Counted from the stretch's first letter, positions 10,140 to 19,795 are shown. The stretch: 51,903 bases of DNA from Hyphomicrobium sp. (GCA_031414095.1 JANNUW010000024.1:1-51903); one strand, 5' to 3'. Notes: generated by a model not told the origin, from the letters alone. Made by a program: numbers and translations.

Positions 10140-12077
10140 TTATTTGTTCTGGAATTGCTCCGAAAGCAGCGGCGAGATACGCCGTATGGCAATACGCCGA
10201 TTGGCCTGCTCGGGGTTCTGCGTATCGACCTTTAGATTACTTTCTCCGTAGCCTTGCGTAACCAGGTTCTCAGGCGGAACAGAAAACTCGCTCGTCAGGA
10301 TTTCCGCAACCGACTGCGCGCGACGATCCGATAAGGTCAGATTGTCTTCTTCAGATCCGACCGCATCCGTGTGGCCTTCGATCAGGAATATTTCGTCAGC
10401 GTTGCGCTCGAGCACGCGGTTGATATTGGCGGCAATCCGTTCAAGGGCGCGCGAATATTCCGGTCGCACTTCCCACGATCCAAACTCAAAGTTGACAGTG
10501 TCGATGTCGACACGGCGCATGCGCTCACGCAACGGCTCGTTATAGCGAACTTCTTCCAGCGAATAAGTCCTTTCGAGCCGCTGTACGGGCGGTGCGGTCA
10601 GGGCCTCATAAACGTCATCCTCAGACGCTTGGCCGTAATCGACGATGTACTTTTCCCGAGGCACATTGAGTGCCAGCGGGGCGAGCACGACGGCCGCGCC
10701 GACGGCGATGCCGACGCCCACGCCGATAGCAATCGCCTGATTGCGGTCTCGACGCTCGTCACGATACCATTTGCGGTTGTCGATCAGGATCACGTCGCGG
10801 CCAGCGCTATCGCGCCGGTAGCGGTAGAGTATGCGGCCGTTATCATCGACAACGTTGTGCACTTGCACGCCGTCCGCACGGACGATGATGGTTTCAACCG
10901 AGCCATCAGAGTTGCGCGACGATCGCGAATTACGTGAAATGCGGCGGAACCGGTCTGAATCGTCATTACGAATGATCACGCGGTTGTCTTGCCTGATGAT
11001 GAGGCGGCGGTCTGGCTCTTCGATGACTCGCACTTTGCCGCCCTGCACAACGGTCTCCTTGCGCTGCTTGGAAATCTCGCTGATCCGCCGGGGATTTTTC
11101 GGAGCAACGACATAGGTCTTTTTCGCGACTTCTGCGGTCGGACGGGCTCTCGCCGGCGAGTTGGGGGCGGGTGCGGGCCCTGGAGCTGGGACGACCGCGT
11201 CGCGCTGCGGATCAGCTGCCGGTCCTGGTGGTGCCGGCGTGTCTGCCGCGGGTGCTGGTGTTGCCGGTTGATTGGTTGGGGCCGGCGGTTCGTTGCGCTT
11301 CACAGGCTCGGTCGCGGGCTGATCGGGTTTAGCGTCCTTCTCAGGTTTGGTACGCGCGTCCTCACCCCCCTTCTTGTTTCGATCGCGCTGCTTCTCGGTA
11401 TCGGCAGCCGGAGCAGGCACGGCCTCGCCCGCGGGCGCAGGTTTAGCCGCATTGTTTGCCGGCGGCGTTGTCGGCGGTTCATTTGTCTGCGCCGGCGTCG
11501 CGCTCTTGGGAGCTTCCGGAGCGGGCTTGGCGGCGTCCTCTACAGCCTTTGCATCGGGCTTGGGCGGAGCAGCTTTATCGGTATCGACTTTCGCTTTAGC
11601 TGTGGGCTCTTCTGTAACAGGCTTGGCTACGCTGTCGGGGGCCTTAGGCGCAGGAGGCGCAATCGCTTCGGCAGGAGCTGTCGCGTTGCCGGGCGTCACA
11701 GGTGATGGTTTGGGGACGGGTTTGCCAATTTCCTGCTTGTTGTTTTGCCGGTTTTTCGCGTTCTCTTGAGCGCGTTCCTGCTGGCGCTGTTGAGCATCAC
11801 CGTCAGGCTGCTGGCTCTGCGCGTTTTTTGGCCTGCCTTTTTGAGCGGGATCTTGATCCGGCTCACCGGCATTTTCTGCCGGCGGAGCATTGCTTTTTTC
11901 GCGCGCTGCCTTATTAGCCGCTTTTCTCTTTTCGACTTCTGCTGGACTCAACTCTGGAACAGCCTGCGCCACTCGTTGCCCCATTGGCTGCGCGCTGATT
12001 TCTGCGGCGAATGCGACGTGAGACAGACCGCCTGCCAATGCGCACGCGAGCGCGGTTTTCAATGCATAATTTTTCAT
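10140..12077 (-). CDS. OmpA-family protein with long Pro/Ala/Lys-rich low-complexity region
   Basis: ATG at 12077 gives signal peptide MKNYALKTALACALAGGLSHVAFA. About 300 aa of PAK-rich low complexity follow, then a Gly-rich hydrophobic segment. The C-terminal OmpA-like motifs are IEGHTDAVGSEEDNLTLSDRRAQSV and NRRIAIRR. Confidence 0.8.
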   Translation of the reverse strand: MKNYALKTALACALAGGLSHVAFAAEISAQPMGQRVAQAVPELSPAEVEKRKAANKAAREKSNAPPAENAGEPDQDPAQKGRPKNAQSQQPDGDAQQRQQERAQENAKNRQNNKQEIGKPVPKPSPVTPGNATAPAEAIAPPAPKAPDSVAKPVTEEPTAKAKVDTDKAAPPKPDAKAVEDAAKPAPEAPKSATPAQTNEPPTTPPANNAAKPAPAGEAVPAPAADTEKQRDRNKKGGEDARTKPEKDAKPDQPATEPVKRNEPPAPTNQPATPAPAADTPAPPGPAADPQRDAVVPAPGPAPAPNSPARARPTAEVAKKTYVVAPKNPRRISEISKQRKETVVQGGKVRVIEEPDRRLIIRQDNRVIIRNDDSDRFRRISRNSRSSRNSDGSVETIIVRADGVQVHNVVDDNGRILYRYRRDSAGRDVILIDNRKWYRDERRDRNQAIAIGVGVGIAVGAAVVLAPLALNVPREKYIVDYGQASEDDVYEALTAPPVQRLERTYSLEEVRYNEPLRERMRRVDIDTVNFEFGSWEVRPEYSRALERIAANINRVLERNADEIFLIEGHTDAVGSEEDNLTLSDRRAQSVAEILTSEFSVPPENLVTQGYGESNLKVDTQNPEQANRRIAIRRISPLLSEQFQNK

Positions 12078-12365
12078 TTTGGTTCCACTTAGCTTGGCTA
12101 AAAGACAAGTCGGCGCTGCGATCCCGAGGGGCTGCAAGTCACGTCAGCCGCTCGGTCCTCACTGCTTGTTGTTGGCCGATTGAGCTCATTTAGCGGTGCA
12201 CTATTCCGCCGTCACTTGACGCTCTGAGCCGGGCGTTTTGCGCTCAGATCCTATACTCACGGGTGCCAAACGCGCCCCATCAACGGGAGTTCCCTTGGTA
12301 GATGCGCAGCGCGTGCCTATGTGTGGAACGGATACCGGATTACAGCGGCTCGACAGCCGCGTTAA

Positions 12366-13394
12366 ATGCGTGGGAGTTCAATGTCGTCAGCCTCTGTAGA
12401 AACTTGGCTATATCCCACTCCTTCGGGACTTTTCTGCGCCCCTGGTAATTTTTACATTGATCCGCCGTCGGGCGTTCCTCGCGCCGTCATCACCCACGGT
12501 CACGCCGACCACGCCAGGGCCGGACACGGTGCCGTGCTCGCCACGTCTGAAACCATCGATATTATGAAAGTACGTTACGGCGAGCAATGTGCGGGCCAGT
12601 TTCAACGGGCCGCGTATGGGCATCCGATATCCATCAACGGCGTCGATGTGCGCCTCGTGCCAGCTGGACATATACTCGGCTCTGCACAGATCGTGTTGGA
12701 TTACGGCGGCCGCCGTGCCGTCGTCTCGGGTGATTATAAAAGAGCGCTGGACCCGACGTGCACGGCCTTCGAACTCGTGAAATGCGATGTCTTTGTAACC
12801 GAGGCAACTTTTGCGTTGCCTGTATTTCGCCATGAATCGGCGGCCGCAGAGATACAAAAGTTGCTCGCGTCAGTGCGCACGCAGCCCGAGCGTACGCATC
12901 TCGTGGGCGCTTACGGTCTGGGCAAATGTCAGCGCGTCATCAAGCTGATCAGGCAAGCCGGCTACGATCTCCCAATCTACCTGCACGGCTCAATGGTCGC
13001 GCTTTGCGATCTTTATGCGTTTCTGCAAATCGATCTGGGCGATCTCCAGCCAGCGGCCGGGTTGGATTCGAAAAATCTTATCGGAGGGATCGTCTTGTGT
13101 CCTCCCTCAGCCCTGAAGGATCGCTGGTCACGCCGGTTTAATGATCCCGTCAGCGTGTTTGCGAGCGGTTGGATGCGGGTGCGCGGCCGCGCGCGCCAGC
13201 GCGGCGTCGAGCTGCCGCTCGTGATTTCCGACCACGCCGATTGGCCCGAATTGATCGAGACGATCGTCGGGACGGGTGCCGAAGAAATCTGGGTCACGCA
13301 CGGCCGGGAAGACGCCCTCGTCTATCACTTGGCAACGCTTGGATTGAAGTCGCGCGCGTTGGCGCTTGTCGGACGCGATGAGGAGGTGGAGTAG
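12366..13394 (+). CDS. ligase-associated DNA damage response exonuclease (metallo-beta-lactamase/beta-CASP fold)
   Basis: Carries the HGHADHAR metallo-beta-lactamase motif. It is ~340 aa and lies immediately upstream of, and overlapping (TAGTG), an ATP-dependent ligase. A second possible start is the ATG at 12381. Confidence 0.8.
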   Translation: MRGSSMSSASVETWLYPTPSGLFCAPGNFYIDPPSGVPRAVITHGHADHARAGHGAVLATSETIDIMKVRYGEQCAGQFQRAAYGHPISINGVDVRLVPAGHILGSAQIVLDYGGRRAVVSGDYKRALDPTCTAFELVKCDVFVTEATFALPVFRHESAAAEIQKLLASVRTQPERTHLVGAYGLGKCQRVIKLIRQAGYDLPIYLHGSMVALCDLYAFLQIDLGDLQPAAGLDSKNLIGGIVLCPPSALKDRWSRRFNDPVSVFASGWMRVRGRARQRGVELPLVISDHADWPELIETIVGTGAEEIWVTHGREDALVYHLATLGLKSRALALVGRDEEVE

Positions 13395-15022
13395 TGCAAG
13401 ACTTCGCGAACCTGCTCGACGGTCTCGGCTACACTCAGAGCCGCAATCGCAAAGCGGCACTGCTGGCCGACTATCTGCGCAGAGTGCCAGACCCCGATCG
13501 GGGCTGGGCTCTGGCCGTGCTGACCGACAGCTTGCCGCGCTCCGTACTCGGGCCCTCGCGCTTGCGGCCGATGCTGGCAGAACTGACAGCCCGCTTCATC
13601 GATCCGGTGCTCTACAAAATGTCCCGCGACTATGTTGGTGACACCGCGGAAACAGTTACGCTGCTGTGGCCTGAGGCTCCAGAACATGGTCCAACTGCAA
13701 TTGGCAGCGCGGCCGCTGCGCCGCCTCGGCTCGACGTCGTGGTGCAATCCATGACCATGCTGGGCGCAGCACAGCGGACGGCCCAGCTTGGGCAATATCT
13801 CGACAGGTTGGATGTTTCCGGGCGCTGGGCGCTTCTGAAGTTGCTGGGCGGTGCGGCGCGAGTGGGCGTTTCAGCGCGGCTGGCGAAAACGGCATTGGCG
13901 GACGCCTTCGCACGCGATGTCAATGAAATCGAAGAACTTTGGCACGCGCTCGAAGCGCCCTACACCGATCTTTTTGCCTGGCTCGAGAGCCGTGGTGACA
14001 AGCCCGACTCTGAGTCGAAGCCGGTGTTCCGGCCGGTAATGCTGGCCCATCCGATTGAAGACGCCGACTGGCCCAAGCTCGCGCCAGGAAATTTTGCAGC
14101 GGAGTGGAAGTGGGATGGCGTCCGCGTGCAGATCTCGGCGCGTGAGGGCACTGTCCGCATTTTTTCGCGCCAGGGTGACGACGTCTCCGGCGCATTTCCA
14201 GAAATCTGTAACGCCTTTCTGCTGCTCGACTGTGTCGTCGACGGCGAGTTACTCGTTATGCGAGAAGCGGCGGTCGCGCCGTTCAATGATTTGCAACAAC
14301 GGCTCAATCGCAAGAGTGTCACGGCCAAGATGCTGCGTGAATATCCAGCGCACGTCCGGCTCTACGATCTTCTTTTCGATCAACGCAAAGATCTCCGCGC
14401 GCTTGCCTTTGATGAGCGCCGTGACCGCTTGGAGCAGTGGCATCGTGTGCATAGTCCAGTGCGGACCGACGTTTCGGAACTGATTCAATTCGCAACGTTC
14501 GCAGAGCTGACGGAGCTGTGGTCTGCGGCGCGCACCGAAGGCATCGAGGGCCTGATGTTGAAGCGCCGTCAGGCGCCGTACCAGGCCGGGCGGGTGAAGG
14601 GGCAGTGGTTCAAGTGGAAACGGGCGGCGCTAACACTCGATTGTGTTCTCATGTACGCGCAAAGGGGGTCGGGCAAGCGATCGTCGTTCTATTCGGACTA
14701 CACGTTCGGCGTTTGGCGGCAAAGTCCAGCGAGCGATCCGGAACTCGTGCCGGTCGGTATAGCCTATTCGGGCTTCACCGATGATGAGTTACGCAAGATT
14801 GACAGTTGGGTACGCGCGCATACGACCGAGACGTTCGGGCCGGTACGTGCAGTGGAAGCCGGCCTCGTGTTTGAAGTCGCCTTCGATGCCGTGCAAACAT
14901 CGGCACGTCACAAGTCTGGTGTGGCTATGCGGTTTCCGCGCATTCATCGCATCCGCTGGGATAAGCCCGCGGCCGAAGCTGACACGCTGGCTACGGTAAC
15001 GGCTCTTGTCGGTCACGGTTAG
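13394..15022 (+). CDS. ATP-dependent DNA ligase (ligase-associated damage-response type)
   Basis: GTG start overlaps the upstream stop by 1 nt. The adenylation motif I is EWKWDGVRVQ, and further nucleotidyltransferase/OB motifs are EGLMLK and WFKWK. Length is 542 aa. Confidence 0.85.
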   Translation: MQDFANLLDGLGYTQSRNRKAALLADYLRRVPDPDRGWALAVLTDSLPRSVLGPSRLRPMLAELTARFIDPVLYKMSRDYVGDTAETVTLLWPEAPEHGPTAIGSAAAAPPRLDVVVQSMTMLGAAQRTAQLGQYLDRLDVSGRWALLKLLGGAARVGVSARLAKTALADAFARDVNEIEELWHALEAPYTDLFAWLESRGDKPDSESKPVFRPVMLAHPIEDADWPKLAPGNFAAEWKWDGVRVQISAREGTVRIFSRQGDDVSGAFPEICNAFLLLDCVVDGELLVMREAAVAPFNDLQQRLNRKSVTAKMLREYPAHVRLYDLLFDQRKDLRALAFDERRDRLEQWHRVHSPVRTDVSELIQFATFAELTELWSAARTEGIEGLMLKRRQAPYQAGRVKGQWFKWKRAALTLDCVLMYAQRGSGKRSSFYSDYTFGVWRQSPASDPELVPVGIAYSGFTDDELRKIDSWVRAHTTETFGPVRAVEAGLVFEVAFDAVQTSARHKSGVAMRFPRIHRIRWDKPAAEADTLATVTALVGHG

Positions 15023-15057
15023 GTTGGTTGCCACAATGTTAGTCGTTGGATCTTTGC

Positions 15058-17658
15058 ATGCCAGCCGTTGATTTAAAACAAAAGCGCAGAGCTCCCGCGC
15101 GCAAGTCGACGTCGGACGCTGAACGCGGTCTCAAGCTCCTGCTGCCATCGGAATTTTCGGCTTGGTTCAAGAGCCGTGGCTGGTCGCTTCGCTCACACCA
15201 GCTGGAACTTCTGAAAGCGGCCCGCGAACGCCGGTCGACTTTGCTCATCGCCCCGACGGGGGCTGGAAAAACCCTTGCGGGCTTCCTCCCGACGCTCGTC
15301 GAACTGGCCAAGCCCAGTCCGTGCGATGCCTCCAGCGGCGTTCATACACTTTACATTTCACCTTTGAAGGCGCTCGCCGTCGACGTGGCGCGCAACCTGA
15401 CTATTCCGGTCCAAGAGATGGGGTTGTCCGTCCGCATAGACACCCGGACCGGAGATACATCGAGCGCGCGCAAGCAGCGCCAACGGGCAAGACCGCCCCA
15501 AGTCCTGCTGACGACGCCCGAGCAAATCGCGCTGCTGCTCAGTCATGAAGACGCGGGCTTTATTTTCGCCAACTTGAAAACCGTGATCTTGGATGAGCTG
15601 CACGCGCTCGCCGCTTCGAAGCGGGGCGATCTGCTGGCACTTGGTTTGACCCGATTGCGCGCGCTTGCACCCGGGCTGATGATCATCGGGTTGTCGGCAA
15701 CTGTTGCCAGACCCTCGCAATTGCGCAGCTATCTGGTGCAGCAGGAAATGCCGGGGACGCAAACCGACATGAGCGGCTTGGTGGTTGCCGCAGACGGCGC
15801 CAAACCGCGTTTGCAAATTTTGGAGAGCGCCAACGCGCTGCCGTGGGCGGGACATACGGCGCGTTACGCGGTCGTCGAGATTTACGAGGCCCTCAAAGCC
15901 CATCGCCTGACTTTGCTGTTTGTGAATACGCGCAGTCAGGCCGAGCTGTTGTTTCAAGAGTTGTGGGCCGTCAACGAGGACACGCTCGCCATCGGTCTTC
16001 ATCACGGTTCTCTGGCAGCGGTTCAGCGGCGCAAAGTCGAGGCTGCAATGGCGGCGGGAACACTGCGCGCCGTCGTGTCCACGTCAACGCTCGACCTCGG
16101 CGTCGACTGGGGCGATGTGGATCTCGTCATAAATGTTGGCGCGCCCAAAGGCGCAAGCCGCCTCATGCAACGCATCGGCCGCGCCAACCACCGCCTGGAC
16201 GATCCGTCAAAGGCGCTGCTTGTGCCGGGCAATCGCTTCGAAGTTCTCGAGTGCCGCGCGGCGATCGATGCCGCCAACGCGGGCGAGCAGGATGCCGAGC
16301 TATTCCGGACCGGCGCCATCGACGTGCTGGCCCAGCATGTCTTCGGGATGGCCTGCAGCGGACCGTTTTACCCCAGTGATCTGTTCGCGCAGGTGCGCTC
16401 CGCCGCTCCCTATGCATGGTTGGGCCGTGACACCTTCGACCTCGTCATCGATTTCGTTTCGACGGGCGGATACGCGCTCAGGGCCTATGAACGCTACGCC
16501 AAATTGCGGCAGATGGACGATGGGCGCTTGCGGATTTCGCACCCGCGGTTTGCAACGCAGTTCCGATTGAACATCGGCACAATCGTCGAAGCCGAACTCA
16601 TGAGAATGCGCCTCGTGCGCAAAGGCGGTGCGCCCAAGCTCGATGGCCACGCGCGCGCGAAACCGTTGTCGGGCGGCCGCCATCTCGGTGAGATCGACGA
16701 ATTCTTCATCAGTGAGTTGAGTACGGGCGACACCTTTTTCTTTGCTGGACAGGTCGTGCGGCTCGAAGGCATTCGCGGCAGCGAGGTCTACGTCTCCAAG
16801 GGGCATTCTGGCGATCCAAAAATTCCCAGCTATTCCGGAGGCAGGTTTCCACTATCGACGCATTTGGCCGCAAGAGTGCGGGCGATCCTGGCCAACGCCG
16901 AGGGCTGGCAGCATTTGCCAGAGTCCGTGGGCGACTGGCTCTCGCACCAAGCGCACAGATCACAGCTGCCCAGCGTCGCTGACGTGCTGGTTGAAACGTT
17001 TCCACGCCACGGCAAGCATTACCTCGTGGTCTATCCCTTCGAAGGACGTATCGCGCATCAAACGCTGGGGATGCTTCTAACCCGCCGCTTGGCACGCATG
17101 GGCGCGCGGCCGCTCGGCTTCGTCGCCAACGACTATGGGCTCGCCATCTGGTGCCTTTCCGAACTCGACGGCGTGCTCGGCAAAGGCAAACTCAATCAAG
17201 CTGGCCAGTCGCTTACGGATCTTTTTTCTGAAGACATGCTGGGTGACGATCTCGATGCTTGGCTTGCCGAGAGCAATTTGATGAAGCGCACTTTCCGGAG
17301 CTGCGCAATTATTGCGGGGCTCATTGAGCGGCGTCATCCGGGCCAAGAGAAGTCCGGGCGGCAAGTCACATTCTCGACCAATTTAATCTATGATGTTCTG
17401 CGGCAGCACGATCCTCATCACATTTTGCTTGAAGCCGCCTGGACGGATGCGGCGACGGGGTTATTGGACTTACGCCGGCTCAGTGATTTTCTTAGCCGTA
17501 TGCGCGGCAAGATCATTCATCGCCGGCTTTCGCGGGCCTCGCCCCTTTCGGTGCCGATCCTGCTCGAGATTGGGCGTGAGCAAGTGGGTGGAGCGGACCG
17601 GGATGCGCTGCTGCGTGACGCTGCCGACAGTTTAATCGCCGAAGCCATGGAGGACTGA
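15058..17658 (+). CDS. lhr: ligase-associated DNA damage response DExH-box helicase (Lhr-like)
   Basis: Walker A is APTGAGKT, the DExH box is ILDELH, and motif III is LSATV. Lhr-type C-terminal extension is present. The first in-frame ATG is 15058 (the ORF track begins at TTG 15046). Confidence 0.85.
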   Translation: MPAVDLKQKRRAPARKSTSDAERGLKLLLPSEFSAWFKSRGWSLRSHQLELLKAARERRSTLLIAPTGAGKTLAGFLPTLVELAKPSPCDASSGVHTLYISPLKALAVDVARNLTIPVQEMGLSVRIDTRTGDTSSARKQRQRARPPQVLLTTPEQIALLLSHEDAGFIFANLKTVILDELHALAASKRGDLLALGLTRLRALAPGLMIIGLSATVARPSQLRSYLVQQEMPGTQTDMSGLVVAADGAKPRLQILESANALPWAGHTARYAVVEIYEALKAHRLTLLFVNTRSQAELLFQELWAVNEDTLAIGLHHGSLAAVQRRKVEAAMAAGTLRAVVSTSTLDLGVDWGDVDLVINVGAPKGASRLMQRIGRANHRLDDPSKALLVPGNRFEVLECRAAIDAANAGEQDAELFRTGAIDVLAQHVFGMACSGPFYPSDLFAQVRSAAPYAWLGRDTFDLVIDFVSTGGYALRAYERYAKLRQMDDGRLRISHPRFATQFRLNIGTIVEAELMRMRLVRKGGAPKLDGHARAKPLSGGRHLGEIDEFFISELSTGDTFFFAGQVVRLEGIRGSEVYVSKGHSGDPKIPSYSGGRFPLSTHLAARVRAILANAEGWQHLPESVGDWLSHQAHRSQLPSVADVLVETFPRHGKHYLVVYPFEGRIAHQTLGMLLTRRLARMGARPLGFVANDYGLAIWCLSELDGVLGKGKLNQAGQSLTDLFSEDMLGDDLDAWLAESNLMKRTFRSCAIIAGLIERRHPGQEKSGRQVTFSTNLIYDVLRQHDPHHILLEAAWTDAATGLLDLRRLSDFLSRMRGKIIHRRLSRASPLSVPILLEIGREQVGGADRDALLRDAADSLIAEAMED

Positions 17659-17661
17659 AGC

Positions 17662-18384
17662 TTGGACGGGGGGTTGAGACGGGTTCGGGAAAATGCTGAC
17701 TATTCGGCCAAGGTGCTGACAATTTGCGGTCACTCGTTCGTTGCCGATCACTCGGGCGCTTTGTTTTGCCCTGAGCGGAAAACCTTAATCGTCGCCGATC
17801 TGCATTTAGAAAAAGGCTCAAGCTACGCCGCACGCGGATCTATGGTGCCCCCCTACGATACCCGTAGTACGCTGGCCAAGCTCGCCGCCGCGGTCGCTAA
17901 GTACAATCCTGAAACAATCATAGCTTTGGGTGACAGCTTCCACGACGGCGGTGCCGGTGAGCGCATGATGAGCGAAGATCTTTCAATGCTGCGCCGGCTG
18001 CAGCAACAGATGCGTTGGATATGGGTGCTTGGCAATCACGACACCAGTATCCCTGAAAAGTTCGGCGGCGAGGTGTGCGAGACGGTCGCGTTCGGGCACC
18101 TCTGGCTGCGCCATATCCCCAGTAGCACGCACCTGAGCCACGAGATTGCGGGGCATTTGCACCCGCAAGCCCATCTCTCTTTTAAAGGTAACACGATCCG
18201 GCGGGCTTGCTTTATCAGCAATGGCCATCGCTTGGTGATGCCAGCATTCGGAGCCTTCACGGGCGGGCTTGACGTGTTCGATCAAGTATTCCAGTCCGTA
18301 TTTCCAGAACCGTTCACGTTCGTTTTGATGCTCGGCGAGACTGGCATCTATCCGGTCCCTTATCGCGGTCTTAAAGGCATTTGA
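17662..18384 (+). CDS. pdeM: ligase-associated DNA damage response endonuclease PdeM (metallophosphoesterase)
   Basis: Metallophosphoesterase motifs are VADLHLEKG, GDSFHD and GNHD. It lies 3 nt after the helicase stop. The start is uncertain: TTG at 17662, or alternatively GTG at 17713. Confidence 0.75.
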   Translation: MDGGLRRVRENADYSAKVLTICGHSFVADHSGALFCPERKTLIVADLHLEKGSSYAARGSMVPPYDTRSTLAKLAAAVAKYNPETIIALGDSFHDGGAGERMMSEDLSMLRRLQQQMRWIWVLGNHDTSIPEKFGGEVCETVAFGHLWLRHIPSSTHLSHEIAGHLHPQAHLSFKGNTIRRACFISNGHRLVMPAFGAFTGGLDVFDQVFQSVFPEPFTFVLMLGETGIYPVPYRGLKGI

Positions 18385-18391
18385 TCGTTCT

Positions 18392-18601
18392 TCAGTTGAA
18401 ATTGAGGTCGGCGACGTCGACTGTGGCGCAAGACCATTTCGTAATCTGCCAATCGCCATGGTCTTCAGCCCACTGAGGAAGATATCGCTGTGCCGACATA
18501 TTGCATGCGAACGTATTGTATTCCGCCGGCAACGGAACTCGGAAGGCGTGACAGGATTCCGTGCGCGTCATTAAGCAGGCTGAAATGATGATCGTGATCA
18601 T
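18392..18601 (-). CDS. small Cys-containing protein, 69 aa (hypothetical)
   Basis: ATG at 18601-18599 overlaps the stop of the upstream small gene in an ATGA arrangement. The product MITIIISACLM... has a hydrophobic N-terminus and 4 Cys. I recognise no family. Confidence 0.4.
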   Translation of the reverse strand: MITIIISACLMTRTESCHAFRVPLPAEYNTFACNMSAQRYLPQWAEDHGDWQITKWSCATVDVADLNFN

Positions 18602-18792
18602 TGTTGATCTCCCAACCGATGGATAGGTGACTGAGCGAGATGCTGAATCGCAAGAGGGGAAAAAATCAACGCCAATAGCGCAATTACAGCTATTACCAAA
18701 ATTGCAAACCATGCCCATATCGTGCCCATGGGTATTGGGCCCGAAAGGAACTTGTTGTCGAATTTCGCAGAATGTCCTATCAACCTTGCCAT
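18598..18792 (-). CDS. small single-pass membrane protein, 64 aa (hypothetical)
   Basis: ATG at 18792 is preceded by a strong AAGGAGG 5 nt upstream. The TM segment is IWAWFAILVIAVIALLALIF. The stop overlaps the next start (ATGA). The longer ORF-track version (to 19002) lacks a ribosome-binding site. Confidence 0.5.
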   Translation of the reverse strand: MARLIGHSAKFDNKFLSGPIPMGTIWAWFAILVIAVIALLALIFSPLAIQHLAQSPIHRLGDQQ

Positions 18793-19028
18793 TATGACCT
18801 CCTTGAGGTGTGCAAAGTCAACGTCGCCATGTCGGCGATGGTTCCAGCGCCCAATTCGTGCATTCTGCCATTTATGTGGCTCTTTATTTTTCCTTGAAGC
18901 CGCCGCCGTTGGCGCTAAATCGACAGCACAGTGGTCCAAGATTATTGAAGCGGACGCGGATAATTCGAGTGCCGAGTTCGTGGCTTGCCACTGCTCCCGC
19001 ACGTCAGACTGAAATAACTAAACGTCGG

Positions 19029-19074
19029 AAAAAATGGCGACCCGCAACGACGGGGGGGAGAGGTTGCGGGCCGC
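19029..19074 (-). terminator. rho-independent terminator
   Basis: On the minus strand, GCGGCCCGCAAC-loop-GTTGCGGGTCGC forms a 12-bp stem with one mismatch, followed by C-ATTTTTT. It lies ~85 nt downstream of the stop at 19158. Confidence 0.6.
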
Positions 19075-19157
19075 TACGGACAGCCTGGAGGGAGGATTAG
19101 GCGTCCGGCCATTTGACGGCAATAGATAAACTCTCAAGTGCTGTTATTGTTCCAAGC

Positions 19158-19529
19158 CTATTTTGGTTGAATGGATTGATCGCCTCCCGGGTCGCCCGGA
19201 GGTGTCAACACGGGCATTTCACTCTTGAAGCCCTCGGGCGGCGAAAGTTTTATTTCGGGATCCACGCCTTTGGGGGGCACGATGACACCTTCGCTCTCAT
19301 CTAATTGTTCCGACAGCGATTGTTTGGGGTTACCTGGCGGATTCACGGGAGTTTCAGTTTGGTTTGCGGAAGGATTGTCAGAGCTTTCCGATGGTGGCTG
19401 GGGCGTCACGGTTGGCTTTGTCGTCCCCGGCGCCTCAACCGGAACATCGGCCAACGCTGCCGTCGCCCCCAACGCAGCGACCCAAGCTATCATGGCCGCC
19501 GCACCATAGTTTTTCGGTCGAATGAGCAT
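19158..19529 (-). CDS. secreted Pro-rich protein (hypothetical)
   Basis: ATG at 19529 has AGGAGA 7 nt upstream (the ORF-track start at 19535 is a TTG). A signal-peptide-like AAAMIAWVAALGATAALA is followed by a Pro/Thr/Ser-rich mature part with GVIVPPKGVDPEI. Confidence 0.6.
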   Translation of the reverse strand: MLIRPKNYGAAAMIAWVAALGATAALADVPVEAPGTTKPTVTPQPPSESSDNPSANQTETPVNPPGNPKQSLSEQLDESEGVIVPPKGVDPEIKLSPPEGFKSEMPVLTPPGDPGGDQSIQPK

Positions 19530-19672
19530 GTCCAATCTCCTAATTCACGCTCTACACGCGTTGCTCTAAAAACGCATGGCGCGAGCACACGTTCCTTCAA
19601 AGCCGGGAACTCGGAGCAATCACACGGCGTTGCACTTTAGATTGGGTTTTAAATTTTGAGGAGGGAACCGAA

Positions 19673-19795
19673 ATGAAAAAGTCAATTCTTATGCTTTGCC
19701 TAGCCGCAGCTTTTGTTGGCGGATGCCGCCGCGAGGCGACCCAATATGAGCCCATGAAAGCGGGTGCGCCTGTGGCCGAACCGGTCCGTCATTAG
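19673..19795 (+). CDS. 40-aa lipoprotein (hypothetical; below the ORF-track size cut-off)
   Basis: A GGAGGG ribosome-binding site lies 7-8 nt before the ATG. The product is MKKSILMLCLAAAFVGGCRREATQYEPMKAGAPVAEPVRH, with the lipobox-like FVGG-C directly after the hydrophobic core. Confidence 0.5.
   Translation: MKKSILMLCLAAAFVGGCRREATQYEPMKAGAPVAEPVRH

Noticed and set aside
11150-11950. Periodic-looking GC-rich DNA that might be taken for a tandem repeat or CRISPR-like array.
   Set aside because: It is in-frame coding sequence for the Pro/Ala/Lys-rich region of the OmpA-family protein. There are no regular repeat-spacer units and no cas genes.
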